From positions 12,007,579 to 12,071,578 of the forward strand of contig NC_043026.1 of the NCBI RefSeq assembly GCF_006345805.1: 64,000 nucleotides of DNA, read 5' to 3'. This stretch comes from Octopus sinensis (lineage: Eukaryota). Shown in pieces: positions 12,102 to 24,594 of this stretch. The translations under genes were made by a program, and so were the position numbers. Every line of letters begins with the position of its first letter. Position 1 is the first letter of the stretch. Below the pieces are notes generated by a model, which saw nothing but the letters and a program-made list of their open reading frames with translations, ran no database searches and was not told the origin of the DNA.

Positions 12102-12240
12102 CAGATGCAGTACGGAATTTTGTCAGTGAACAGGTTGTGGTCTTAAAGCGACGAAAATATTTTGGCAAATTAAATTTAAATGTTGAAGTGAATCGAATGG
12201 CTTTTGTGTGTTTCTTAAATGGCTTACAAACACCTTCCAT
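11600..12240. mobile_element. Nested direct and inverted copies of one MITE-like family
   Basis: GCAGCGTGGAAGGTGTTT...GACAAAAA occurs at ~11655 and ~11820 (+) and as reverse-complement pieces at ~11965-12060 and ~12110-12240. Confidence 0.7.
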
Positions 12241-12350
12241 TAAATATAAGATTGGAAGTGAAGTATGTTCCCTGGTTTATATCAAAGCACAGTTTTAGGA
12301 TTTCTGTAGATTTTACTTTTCTATTTATAAGTTGGCAACCCAGCAGCATT

Positions 12351-12850
12351 CAATAATAATAATAATGAAATTATTGTATACAGTGCTCAGGTGCACCACA
12401 ACTTGTCAGAAAGTGCATATAAAGTATATGCAGTAATGTACAAATGTCTGGAAAGTGAACAGTGTATGAGTCAGATACATGCTTGCGTGTGTATGGAGGG
12501 GAGAAAATCAGGTGTAGTGTTGGCGAATGTCAGGAAGCATGGAAATTTTGAAGGATGCAGTGCTCCGACAACTAACAACTGATGCCGGCAGTTTGTTCCA
12601 TGCTTCAGCAACTCTCAGCGTGAAAAAATGTTTCCTGAAGTCATGGGAGCTGTGCTGTTTTCTTACTTTGTAAATATGTCCACGGATGTTAGATGGGTGG
12701 AGTTTGAAAAGGTGCTCAGAGTTATTGTTTGTAAGATGGTTGATAATTTTATGGGTGTCTGCCAAGTCAGCTGCCAGATGTCGGAGTTTCAATGTGTCCA
12801 TGCCCAGGGAAGTAAGGCGTTCAGGATATTCTAAATCAGTATTCTTCACC
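12351..12850 (-). mobile_element. CR1/L2-clade LINE 3' fragment (C-terminal part of ORF2)
   Basis: Translation YPERLTSLGMDTLKLRHLAADL...RGHIYKVRKQ...RKHFFTLRVAEAWNKLPASVV matches the CR1-type ORF2 C-terminus. (ATT)n tail at ~12351-12366. Confidence 0.85.
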
Positions 12851-13082
12851 TCAAGAATTTGTAAGCAGCAAACATAAGAATTATTAATGGCAAATGAAAG
12901 AATTGTTAGCGGCAAACTGATAAGTTGTATTCTCAATATTGTATTTTTATTAATCATTCGATATATTTTCTTGCTTCCCACTACATTATAATGAGCAAAA
13001 AAAACAACAAAAAAATCAAAGTTGTACCAGCAAAAATTTGGCTTAAGATGCCAGCATTTACTAAGTAGTTGTGTAAAGTACC

Positions 13083-13196
13083 TCATCATCATCATCATCA
13101 TCATTGTTCGACCGTGGTCGAGACAATGGAATTTACCATGCTACGCCAGACTTCGCGGTCCATCATAGCATTACGGAGGTCCTGTTGCGTAATGCT
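13083..13196 (-). mobile_element. RTE-clade LINE extreme 3' end
   Basis: Nearly identical to 60298-60385 (LRNAMMDREVWRSMVNSIV plus (TGA)n tail). Confidence 0.8.
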
Positions 13197-13286
13197 ATGA
13201 TGGACCGCGAAGTCTGGCGTAGCATGGTAAATTCCATTGTCGAAGTACCTAGTGACCAATCTAAAGCACATTACAGATATTGTAGA

Positions 13287-13663
13287 CTAGCAGTATCACC
13301 CGGCGTTGCTCGGGTTTGTAAGGGAAATAACTATAAAGCATTTTTAGAGAGTTATAGCCAAAAAATAGCAAAAAAATGGAAAAAAAATCTATGGTAAATT
13401 TTTTTTTGAGAGTTAAAAGGTCGAGTTGCGTCCCCTAGACAGTCTGTGGTTTGTGTTTCTGATTCTCGACCCCATGTCGAATTTATCGATTTTTTTCAGA
13501 ACTGGGGGAACTTTTCAAAATTTTCGCTACGTTAGTTTTGAATTATGACATTGGGCTATGTGTGTGTCAAGTTTCATCAGAATCAGTTGAAAGCTGTGGT
13601 CAGGGTGAGGGTACAATCTAACAGACACACACACAGACAAACTGCCGTTTATATAGAGAGAGA
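13287..13663 (-). mobile_element. Non-autonomous Helitron-like element
   Basis: Same family as 3140-3515, with CTAG plus hairpin at the 3' end. Confidence 0.75.
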
Positions 13664-13857
13664 AGAGATGTAATATGTTGGCAAAATATTCTCTTTTAGT
13701 AAACCACTGTGAAGCATAGAAACATAAGGCATCAACTCCACAGCAAATGATTCCTCTTACCAATCTTATTAAAGCCAAAAATGATAAGACATCTATTCTT
13801 GAAGCAAATTTAGCAATGTTTATTTGTTGCCATTCATCATTTAATAGCTGTGATCAC

Positions 13858-14309
13858 TTAACCCTTTCATTACCATATTTCTGTCGAGATGCTCTGTGTT
13901 TCTTTCAATTAATTTTAAATATAACAAAGAATTTAGTAAAATAACTTAGTTATCATTAAACAAGTGTTAGGGACATAAATTGCGACTAAGGTTTGGTGGA
14001 AGATTTTTATTCAAAACTTATGAAAACAAGACATTTGTACTACAGAGTCAGAGGTGGTTTCAACCAAGTTGGTATCAAAAGGGTTAAGAATTGTTTCTCT
14101 ATTATATATTTTAACCCTCTTGTTACCATATTTCTGTTGAGATGCTCTGAGTTTCTTTCAATTAATTTTAAATATAACAAAGAATTTAGTAAAATAACTT
14201 AGTTATTATTCAGTTTGGTGGAAGATTTTAATTCTGAACTTTTGAAAACAAAACATTTGTACTTCAGAGCCAGAGCCGGTTTCAGCCGGGTTGGTAACGG
14301 AAGGGTTAA
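13858..14309. mobile_element. Dimer of TTAA-flanked (piggyBac-like) MITE
   Basis: Each unit runs TTAA-CCCT...AGGG-TTAA (~225 and ~190 bp). Units are separated by GAATTGTTTCTCTATTATATATT. Confidence 0.75.
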
Positions 14310-14409
14310 TAGAGTGTTCGCATTATTCTACCAAAATTAATGCTTTTTCGTCCACATTGTCTTGAACTAATCAGGCATCATTTTGTAGCTATGAGATTTT
14401 GATGAGATA

Positions 14410-14813
14410 CTCTCTTACTCTTTTACTTGTTTCAGTCATTTGACTGCGGCCATGCTGGAGCACCGCCTTTAGTCGAGCAAATCGACCCCGGGACTTATTC
14501 TTTGTAAGCCCAGTACTTATTCTATCGGACTCTCTTGCTGAACCGCTAAGTGATGGGGACGTAAACACACCAGCATCGGTTGTCAAGCAATGCTAGGGGG
14601 ACAAACACAGACACACAAACATATACACACACACACACATATATATATACGATAGGCTTCTTTCAGTTTCCGTCTACCAAATCCACTCACAAGGCATTGG
14701 TCGGCCCGGGGCTATAGCAGAAGACACTTGCTCAAGATGCCACGCAGTGGGACTGAACCCGGAGCCATGTGGTTAGTTAGCAAGCTACTTACCACACAGC
14801 CACTCCTGCGCCT
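14410..14813 (-). mobile_element. Full-length SINE A
   Basis: Head, core, microsatellite and 3' half are all present. Confidence 0.85.
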
Positions 14814-14959
14814 AGCTGTTAATTTTTAAAACGACGTTGTAGGGTTGGTGTGAGAGACCAGATCTGGCCAGTACGACCATAAAACAGGCAGAATACATTT
14901 GGCCGGATATGGCTGGTTTAAATGCTAAAGGGTTAAACCATTTTCCCTGCTAAATCAGG

Positions 14960-15118
14960 GGTTAGCCTTGTGTCTTATTACATGACTAGTTTCAGAGAAA
15001 AATTTATCACAAACATTACACTGATATGGCTTCCCTCCTGTGTGAATACGCTTGTGTTTTGTTACATGACCAGGTTCAGAGAATGATTTACCTCAGATGT
15101 GTTACATTGATGTGGTTT
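14960..15118 (-). pseudogene. Two decayed C2H2 fingers beyond the stop codon of the 15119-16147 gene
   Basis: After TAA the frame reads KPHQCNT, then with a frameshift [42 protein letters not shown]. Confidence 0.8.
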
Positions 15119-16147
15119 TTATCTTTTGTGAATATGTCTGTGTTTAGCCAAGTTATGAGTTAGAGAGAATGATTTGCCACAAATATCACACTCATATGGC
15201 TTCTCTCCTGTATGAACACGTTTGTGTCTTGTTACGTGGCCAGCTTCAGAGAATGATTTACCACAGATATCACAGTGAAATGGCTTCTCTCCAGTATGAA
15301 TTCGTTTGTGTTTGGTTAAAACTCCATTCTCAGAGAATGACTTACCACAGATATCACAGTGAAATGGTTTCTCTCCTGTATGAATACGTTTGTGCCTTGT
15401 GATGTGACCAATTTCAGAGAAAGATTTGCCACAAACATCACACTGATATGGCTTCTCTCCTGTATGAACACGTTTGTGAGTAGTTAAGTTCTCATTTTGA
15501 GAGAATGATTTACCACAGATATCACAGCAATATGGTTTCTCTCCTGTATGAATACGCTTATGTGTAGTTAGGTTTTCGTTTTTAGAGAATGATTTACCAC
15601 AGATATCACAGCGATATGGTTTTTCTCCTGTATGAATACGTATGTGTATATTTACTTCACCTTTACGAGAGAATGATTTACCACAGATATCACAATAATG
15701 AGGCTTCTCTCCTGTATGAATACGTTTGTGTCTAGTTAAGGTTCCATTTTCAGCAAATGATTTACCACAGACATCACAATGATATGGTTTCTCACCTGTG
15801 TGGATACGTTTGTGAGTAGTTAAGTTACTTCCATGGGAAAAAGATTTACCACAGACATCACAATGATATAGTTTTTCTCCCGTGTGCACAAGCTTATGCG
15901 TTGTTAAATATCCATTCTGAGAGAATGATTTGCCACAGATGTCACAATAATATGGTTTCTCACCTGTATGAATTCGTTTGTGAATAGCCAGTTTACTTTT
16001 TTGAGAGAATGATTTACCGCAGATATCACAACGATGTGGTTTCCTTTCTGTATAAATACATTCGTGCTTAATGAGATCTGATTCTAGAGAGAATGACATT
16101 TTACAGACATCACAATGGAATGATAACTTCCTTATTTCTTCCGACAT
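15119..16147 (-). CDS. Poly-C2H2 zinc-finger protein, 12 fingers (first degenerate)
   Basis: 342-aa ORF of CDICGKSFS...[10 protein letters not shown] repeats. The [12 protein letters not shown] start is paralogous to [12 protein letters not shown] of 50757-51800. Confidence 0.92.
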   Translation of the reverse strand: MSEEIRKLSFHCDVCKMSFSLESDLIKHECIYTERKPHRCDICGKSFSQKSKLAIHKRIHTGEKPYYCDICGKSFSQNGYLTTHKLVHTGEKLYHCDVCGKSFSHGSNLTTHKRIHTGEKPYHCDVCGKSFAENGTLTRHKRIHTGEKPHYCDICGKSFSRKGEVNIHIRIHTGEKPYRCDICGKSFSKNENLTTHKRIHTGEKPYCCDICGKSFSQNENLTTHKRVHTGEKPYQCDVCGKSFSEIGHITRHKRIHTGEKPFHCDICGKSFSENGVLTKHKRIHTGEKPFHCDICGKSFSEAGHVTRHKRVHTGEKPYECDICGKSFSLTHNLAKHRHIHKR

Positions 16148-16588
16148 CTCATCAGGTAAACATCAATTCTTGAAGTTTCTCACATTCGTCATTTTCTATT
16201 ATTTTACTTTTCTCAACACAATATATGGATTTTTTTTTTGTTTGCATTTTTAGAACTTATTCCTTACAAAATAATACTTTATTTCTTTTAATTGTAACAT
16301 TTGCTGATATTTTTTATATGCTGGAAACTCTTAAAATGCAAAATTATGGGGAAATTCCAGATAATGGAAAGATAAGATATTGCTATTTATCCTAGTTCAA
16401 AAGGAATATTTCACTATAGTAATTGATGTATATAAACATGTTCGCATCAAGTCTGTATAACATTTCCCGTTATTTTTTAATTCATAATCCATACAGAACA
16501 GATGATGTGCTTGAGGTAAACAATTCAAGACCAGCACCTTTTGTTAATCTGAAAAGAAAAACAACAGTGTAAGATACAGAAGATACTT

Positions 16589-16779
16589 AAAAAATGGAAA
16601 TAAAAACAGGTGAAAATTTCAAATTTTAAAAAAATGGAAATACAACAGGTGAAAATTTCAAATTTAAAAAAATGGAAATACAACAGGTGAAAATTTCAAA
16701 TTTAAAAAAATGGAAATACAACAGGTGAAAATTTCAAATTTAAAAAAATGGAAATGCAACAGGTGAAAATTTCAAATTT
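16589..16779. repeat. 38-bp minisatellite, 5 copies, each containing CAGGTG
   Basis: AAAAAAATGGAAATACAACAGGTGAAAATTTCAAATTT, with TGG at 16595, 16635, 16673, 16711 and 16749. Confidence 0.95.
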
Positions 16780-17196
16780 CTATATATAAAAAAAACCCCA
16801 AAAAACTGTAAATGTGAACATTTATGTGAACAGTTGAAGGATGAAAACTAAATCTGCATCTAATCTTTCATAATTTTTTTCTTTTTGGCCACTTTCATGG
16901 ATTCTCATGACTGTCACCATCCAATTCCATTAGTATGAATTTGAATTGAGAAACTCAAGCCACAATGAGTCTTACATTAGCTGATTTGACAACCATAGAG
17001 GCCACCCCTACAGATGCATTGCAGTTCCTCTCTTCACAGATAATCCTAACCAGAGATCTTCTTGGATTCCACTGCTCAGTATCAAAGGAGCACCACTGGC
17101 TCAGTTGAGCTCTTCCACTACTTCTTCACAATCTGCCATGCTGCAGCCCCATAACTCTCCCATATCCCTGGCAGGGTGACTGAACAGGTGTTATGC

Positions 17197-17812
17197 TTTA
17201 GTTAGTTAGTTAATTTTTTGGCTCAAAAAGCAAAAAGCAAGGCCATGTAGGGGGACATGGAGTTATGTACGGGGTGGTGTTCATGTAAAGAGTTCAGGCC
17301 ACTTGTGGTCAAGGGAGACTTTGAACCGAGCGGTCGTCGGCATCTTCACTACCTCATCCAGCAGCTTATTCCACAGATCTGCAACCCGGACGGAGAAAGC
17401 CCCTCTCCTTCGATTGAGATGAATTCCTTGCAGATAGAGCTTTTCAGAGTGACCCTGCAGCCAATGCTCTGGAGCAGGAGTGAAGAACAGCTCTTTCGAG
17501 AGGTTACACTTTCCGCTTATGATGTTGAGAGCAAGAATGAGGTCACCACGGCGGCGGCGTTTTTCTAGAGAATAAAGGTCGAGCATCTTCAGCCTTTCTT
17601 CATAAGACAAATGCTTGAGACCAAGAACCATGCGGGTAGCCAGCTTCTGGACTCTTTCGAGATGCTGTATGTCTTTGAGGAGATAAGGAGAAGAGGCTTG
17701 AATCCTGTACTCCAATATGGGTCTCACCAGCGTGACATAGAGCGGTAGGAACATGGAGGCTGTGAGCATTCCGAATGACCGTCGAATCAAAAACAGAACT
17801 CCGCGTGCTTTG
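17197..17812 (-). mobile_element. CR1/L2-clade LINE 3' fragment, second subfamily
   Basis: ORF 17281-17790 contains LYVTLVRPILEY...LERVQKLATRMV...SYEERL...LEKRRRRGDL...FSVRVADLWNKL. (TAAC)n tail at ~17197-17212. Confidence 0.9.
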
Positions 17813-18242
17813 CCTAAGGGCAGCCCACAAGTATTATAATTAATGTTTGAAAAATGTATTCAATACATGCATATTTTTCAATTCGTTTCATACAGAGTAG
17901 CAAACGTTTATATTTTTCCAATCAACTTTTATAAATAATTAAGCCAAAACATACAATGAGGAATGAATCATCGTTTAACGTCCCCTTTCCATGCTAGCAT
18001 GGGTTGGACGATTTTGACTGAGGGCTGGCGAACCAGATGGCTGCACTAGGCTCCAATCTTGATTTGACACAAAGTCTATGAGATATAACTGATTTAGAAA
18101 TTTTCAGAATTTTGGTACATTTAACAGTGTGTGTTTTTATAATGCATGCTGAGACCCCCTTCGGGCATGACTGACCATGGGATTGCACCTAGAAAGTTAC
18201 CCTCCCAGGCACAAGTCCGGGCAAGGTTGTTTATGGAAGACC

Positions 18243-19014
18243 TTTAAGGCGGCAAGCTGGCAGAATTGTTAGCACACCGGGTGAAATGCTTAGCGGTATT
18301 TCGTCTAATGTTACGTTCTGAGTTCAAATTCCGTTGAGGTCGACTTTGCCTTTCATCCTTTCGGGGTCGATTAAATAAGTACCAGTTACGCACTGTGGTC
18401 GATGTAATCGACTTAATCCGTTTGTCTGTCCTTGTTTGTCCTCTCTGTGTTTAGCCCCTTGTGGGTAGTAAAGAAATAGGTATTTCGTCTGCCACTACGT
18501 TCTGAGTTCAAATTCCGCCGAGGTCGACTTTGCCTTTCATCCTTTCGGGGTCGATTAAATAAGTACCAGTTATGCACTGGGGTCGATATAATCGACTTAA
18601 TCCATTTGCCTGTCCTCTCTGTGTTTAGCCCCTTGTGGGTAGTAAAGAAACAGGTATTTCGTCTGCCGTTATGTCCTGAGTTCAAATTCCGCTGAGGTCG
18701 ACTTTGCCTTTCATCCTTTCGGGGTCGATTAAATAAGTACCAGTTATGCACTGGGGTCGATATAATCGACTTAATCTGTTTGTCTGTCCTTGTTTGTCCT
18801 CTCTGTGTTTAGCCCCTTGTGGGTAATAAAGAAATAGGTATTTCGTCAGCCGCTACGTTCTGAGTTCAAATTCCGCTGAGGTCGACTTTGCCTTTCATCC
18901 TTTTGGGGTCGATTAAAAAAGTACCAGTTACGCACTGGGGTCGATATAATCTGTTTGTCTGTCCTTGTGTGTCCTCTCTGTGTTTAGCCCCTCGTGGGTA
19001 GTAAAGAAATAGGC
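18243..19014 (+). mobile_element. SINE B tetramer (one head plus three headless units) with a single 15-bp TSD
   Basis: TGTTTATGGAAGACC at 18228-18242 and 19015-19029 flanks the whole array. Confidence 0.85.
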
Positions 19015-19701
19015 TGTTTATGGAAGACCAGCAGCCGCCCTTGCATACCGGCCTCCCCTCTCCACGCCACCAGTGTTATCCATGTGATTACTAAAGGCTT
19101 AAAGTGCATCAGCTAAAACTTTTAGTAAAGGTAACATTGACTGTAATTTATTCTAAGTCGTTACTGTTTGCTGCGACCTCTTGACCCCCCAGCCTCTTAA
19201 TATACAGTAACACATGCTTATCAAAAACTTGGCACATTAAGTAGAGAACAGAAATTCCCAACGTTCCTCATTGATTTCCTTTTGCATTATTTTATTTTTA
19301 TTCATTTAGTATTTTTTTTTTTTAGAAAGTTTTATCTAAGAAAATGGGTCAATTGCTCTCAACCTCCCAGAAAATGTTCCTACTCCCCACTCTAATTTCA
19401 CATGAAACAAGTCATTTGAAAATGTATCGGATAGCTGTAAAACTATTGGTGTATTGCCTATTTATTTGTTTGTCTATAACCGAGATACTTAGCGGTCAGT
19501 AACCCGGTTTTAATCACTGATAAAAGTTATCATACAAAATACAAGTTACCTCAGTAGTAAGTAAAAGCCGGGTATAATTAATGAGTATTTTGCTAATTTG
19601 CGATTTTGAATCACAGATTGACGTTTGTAAATACCTGGTTATGATGGTACTAGTTGGAAAGACATAAGTCCTGAACTAACTAAATCCCCACTTAATGGAA
19701 T

Positions 19702-20084
19702 GTGGAAGCACTCCGTCGGTTACGACGACGAGGGTTCCGGTTGATCCGATCAACGGAACAGCCTGCTCGTGAAATTAACGTGTAAGTGGCTGAGCACTCC
19801 ACAGACACGTGTACCCTTAACGTAGTTCTCGGGGATATTCAGTGTGACACAGAGAGTGACAAGGCCGGCCCCTTGAAATACAGGTACAACAGAAACAGGA
19901 AGTAAGAGTGAGAGAAAGTTGTGGTGAAAGAGTACAGCAGGGATCACCACCACCCACTGCCAGAACCTCGTGGAGCTTTAGGTGTTTTCGCTCAATAAAC
20001 ACTCACAACGCCCAGTCTGGGAATCGAAACCGCGATCCTACGACCGCGAGTCCGCTACCCTAACCACTGGGCCATTGCGTCTCC
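19702..20084 (-). mobile_element. tRNA-derived SINE family C, monomer
   Basis: The minus-strand head GGAGACGCAATGGCCCAGTGGTTAGGG...GGTTTCGATTCCCAGAC has A and B boxes. TSD CTTAATGGAAT at 19691 and 20086. Confidence 0.85.
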
Positions 20085-20153
20085 TCTTAATGGAATATGT
20101 GTTTCGCACTAGAAATTTCTGATGATATACGGATCTATTTCAATCGTTTCTAA

Positions 20154-20330
20154 TTATAAAAGCCATGGACTTCTCGATCTAGACTTAATGGAATGACGAA
20201 AAACCACAAGGCTATAACAGTATTCTGCGGTAGATCTGGTTGTACAGAAGCCGTAGTGATGGTCATAGAAAGGAGTCAAGACTGCAGATGATAAACAACG
20301 GAATCGTTTACAACCGTTTCCATTACTTTT
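20154..20330 (-). mobile_element. Probable decayed non-LTR reverse-transcriptase relic
   Basis: FYDHHYGFCTTRSTAE resembles the LINE RT motif xSDxQYGFRxxRSTxD. Short and degenerate. Confidence 0.45.
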
Positions 20331-20534
20331 GAGATGAAGAAAGAGATGTCGATACAACAGTTAGATTACAGAGGTTGGTATAAGTTGGTCTTTATGAAAA
20401 TAGATAAAACTTTTCGTGTTTCTTAACAATCGGGTACATCTCGGTGAAGAAAAAAAGATTAAAATTAATACAGGAACAGGTCTGAAGTTGTATTCAGGTA
20501 AAATGAAAACCATACAGGTCTTTAATTGCTTTTT

Positions 20535-21545
20535 TTCATTGACTGATCGTATAAGATAACTAATATTTGCTCTCTATTATCTTTTAAATGTTTCACTCAT
20601 TGGAAATGTTAACACCAACACACGTATAACTTTTAACGCAGATGGTATGGAAATCATTTAATATCAAACTAATTCCACAGCCCCACTTTAGATAGATGTA
20701 CAGTTTACTCACATCGTGAGCAAGATCCCTTCGTCAAAGGCGGCGAGCTGGCAGAAAGGTTAGCACGCCGGGCGAAATGCGTAGTCGTATTTCGTCTGCT
20801 GTTACGTTCTGAGTTCAAATTCCGCCGAGGTCAACTTTGCCTTTCGTCCTCTCGGGGTCTATAAATTAAGTACCAGTTTCGTACTCTGATCGATATAATC
20901 GACTGGTCCCCTCCCTCAAAATTTCGGGCCTTGTGCCCAGAGTAGAAAAGAATATTTCTGTTTAAAAAGGCGGCGAGCTGGCAGAAACGTTAGCACGTCG
21001 GGCGAAATGCGTAGCCGTATTTCGTCTGTCGTTACGTTGTGGGTTTAAATTCCGCCGAGGTCGACTTTGCCTTTCATACTTTCGGGGTCTATAAATTAAG
21101 TAACAGTTACGCACTGGGGTCAGTGTAATCGACTTAATACCTATGTCTGTCCTTGTTTGTCCCCTCTATGTTTAGCCCCTTGTGGGTAGTAAAGAAATAG
21201 GTATTTCGTCTGCCGCTAATGTTCTGAGTTCAAATTCCGCCGAGGTCGATTTGCCTTTCATCCTTTCCGGGTCGATAAATAAAGTACCAGTTTCGCACTA
21301 GGGGTCGATGTAATCAACTTAATACCTATGTCTGTCCTTGTTTGTCCCCTCTATGTTTAGCCCCATGTGGGTAGTAAAGAAATAGGTATCCAAATTATTT
21401 AATATCTAACTAATTCTACGGTCCCACTTTAGATAGATGTAGTTTACTCACATCGTGAGCAAGATCCCTTCGTCATTATACTTAGGTTAATATAGTGAAA
21501 GGCTTCATATTTAATACTAGTTATCTTATACGATCAGTCAATGAA
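20535..21545. mobile_element. Element with 28-bp perfect inverted termini, hosting a SINE B cluster (20736-21388)
   Basis: TTCATTGACTGATCGTATAAGATAACTA (20535-20562) pairs with TAGTTATCTTATACGATCAGTCAATGAA (21518-21545). Confidence 0.7.
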
Positions 21546-22539
21546 ATCTGTTATTACTTTGTCAGTACTGTGTTAAAGACTTACTTGTATTTTTCCACCA
21601 ATTCCTGTTTCCCGATCTCCAGTCTTGAGTTGTTGTGAGGCAAACTCGTCTTGCAACAGAATATAAAGTTTGTCAACAGAAATTATAAAAAGATGCCCGG
21701 AGAAACGAAACGGAATAAGAATGCGGATGTCTTCTTGTTCTTAATATGCATCTTCCTTTTAAGTATATTTCTTTACTACCCACAAGGGGCTAAACACAGA
21801 GAGGACAAACAAGGACAGACATAGGTATTAAGTCGATTACATCGACCCCGATAGGATGAAAGGCAAAGTCGATCTTTAAAAATCCTTTTAAGTAACACAG
21901 TCAAAGTAAGAAATCGGCCTTATAGGCTACGGGTTCGATCTATTAATCCTTTTATTCGTTTTCTTGCTTTGTTTTCTGATGTTTTAAAAAAAAAAGTTCG
22001 AGTCTAAGGTTAAAGTAATCGTGTATAAAATATATTTTAGTAAATGTTTAAATGATATCATACGAACTCATATAACATTTTTTGTTTTTTGTTCGTCCTG
22101 TGTTGTCCCATTCTGTACAAGATCATTCTTATCATAATTTCCTATAAGAAATTTTTCAGACATACATTTGTGTGTGTGTGTGGACCCTTGTCCAGATATT
22201 ATGTGATGTTCGTAAAGGGCCATCATGACCGTCATACTTGTGCAGTTGTTCACTTCCAGTCCTCAGCGTAAAATATGTCTCACCAGGGAAAATATTTCAA
22301 AGTAAGAATGATACTTCATTTCTTCTTCGAACACAGATCAAAACCTCATTCTTCTTTCAAGATATATTTAGAATCATGGCTTGTCTGAGGCTCCCCCATT
22401 TATAGAGTACCTTTCGACGCAAAGTCTATGAGTTTAGAAATTTCCGGAATTTTTGTACATTTAAAAATGTGTGTGTTTTTCTATATTTTAAGCAAAATTT
22501 TTTTTGGAAGTAATGCATATTTATTTTTCTGTCAGTATA

Positions 22540-22770
22540 TATTTCTTTACTGCCCAGAAGGAGCTAAACACAGAGGGGACAAACAAGGACAGACATAGGT
22601 ATTAAGTCGATTACATCGACCCCAGTGCGAAACTGGTACTTATTTAATCGACCCCGAAAGGATGAAAGGCAAAGTCGACCTCGGCGGAATTTGAACTCAG
22701 AACGTAACGACAGACGAAATACCGCTAAGCACTTCGCCCGGCGTGCTAACGATTCTGCCATCTCGCCGCC
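22540..22770 (-). mobile_element. SINE B monomer
   Basis: Reverse complement of the family B head and core. Confidence 0.85.
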
Positions 22771-23414
22771 TTTTCTTCTGTCAGTATAGAAACCCTGCGT
22801 AATTGCATTTCGTCGTTTACGTTCCGAGTCTTTTTTTTTTTTTTAATTTCTCTTGTCATATTTTTATTCCCTGTTGATTCACACGAGAAAATAAATTGGC
22901 ATTTGAGATATTTGGAAGGTCAGCTGATGTAAATAAAGATATTTCGGTTAATATAAAGCGTTACGCCTATCAGAAAATCAAAAAAAAAATGTGTGTAATA
23001 GGTGTAAAACAACTTCCTATGAACGAATATGAAAAAAAAATTGCCCGCACGCGAAAGGGGGGTGGGGGAGAGGCATATATCATTGCAAGTAAGCTACAGC
23101 GCTCATTTTGGCGGACATTCGGAATAACTCACGAATGAAATTGAATTGGGCGATCCTTCGGTATAGGTACCGTACGTACCGGAAGTGGCTTTGATTACAC
23201 ATTCCTGAAGATAACAGAAACCCTTTTCTCCCCCCCCCCCACCCCAATATATATAAAAAAACACTTTCTTGAAATGTGTCCGGTACTTCAGGTACCTATA
23301 CCGAAGTTACGCCAATTGGGCGATGTTTCGATATGTGTAAAATAGCTGTGTCAAAATTTTGCCTCTTGATTTCTAGGCAGTTTACGGAAAATATATTTAC
23401 TTTATATTTTTACT

Positions 23415-23567
23415 CTCGGAGTGGTTGGCGTTAGGAAGGGCATCCAGCTGTAGAAACTCTGCCAAGTCAAGATTGGAGCCTGGTGCAGCCATCTGGTTCG
23501 CCAGCCCTCAGTCAAAATCGTCCAACCCATGCTAGCATGGAAAGCGGACGTTAAACGATGATGATGA

Positions 23568-23570
<3 letters not shown>
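23415..23570 (+). mobile_element. Family D retroelement 3' end with (GAT)n tail, running into (TA)n
   Basis: GGAGTGGTTGGCGTTAGGAAGGGCATCC...GGACGTTAAACGATGATGATG. Confidence 0.8.
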
Positions 23571-23617
<47 letters not shown>

Positions 23618-23763
23618 AAAAAATCTATCAGAAAGGAACTCTATCTCTCTTAAAAAATATCTTTTGATAAGCATAACAAATGTGCAACCGGTAAAAAGAA
23701 CTTTCACCTAATTAAATACACTCTCCCTTACTTAAATTATTTTGTCAGCATTTTCTTCATTTC

Positions 23764-23804
<41 letters not shown>

Positions 23805-24382
23805 TTCATATACACTATGATAGATTGATTCATCTATACTATTATAATACATTTGATGAGAAACAGTTATATCGTTATTGTTCAGTTGTTCAGGCTCATG
23901 TTTCTTTCTACAGCTTATCTCTATAAAAATATAATAAAATTTCTATTGTATCTTTATTTTAAAAAAATATCTTTTATACTTTACTCTGTTGTTTCTCTGT
24001 TATTTCAGATTATCGTACGACATTGGCATTACAGGCATCATCATTATTCCTCCACTATAACCTTGTTTATGTAATTCTACGAGCTGAAGTACCCAGCGCT
24101 GCCTGAGTTAATTACTCAGAGAATTAACAGTAGTAAATCTTTTTGAAACAAACACCCAGCAAAATTTCCAACTAAGAACACTTTGTGGACCCTTTTTTAT
24201 TTTTCTTCTTTTAAGAATATATTTTTGTTTGATATCCAAGTTCCAAACATATGCAAGATCAATTCTGTAAAAATTTGTACACAAATTCAAATCTTTTGAA
24301 TCCCTTTTTGGTTTCTGCTTAAACATAATCCTTACCCTAACTCAAAATTGTAATCCTAAGTGCTTACATGAAACCTCAACAG

Positions 24383-24594
24383 CCCTTTAGTGTTTAAACC
24401 AGCCAAATCCAGCCCAATATATTCTACATGTTTTATATTCAAACTGGTGATATCTAGCCTCTCACACCTAACCTACATTGACATTATAAAAATAAACAAT
24501 CACATCATTGAAACCATGATAATGCATGATTAATTCAAAACAATTTGAGTGCAAAAAGTATTACATTTAACAGAGTAATCTGAACACTAAAGGG
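24383..24594. mobile_element. MITE with CCCTTTAGTGTT/AACACTAAAGGG termini
   Basis: 12-bp inverted termini. A related decayed copy lies at ~14815-14938. Confidence 0.65.

Noticed and set aside
16135-16160. CTGATGAG...GAAA at the start of the 15119-16147 gene (minus strand)
   Set aside because: No stem I, II or III pairing. The sequence is homologous to the start context of paralogues (CCTGAGGAGATG).
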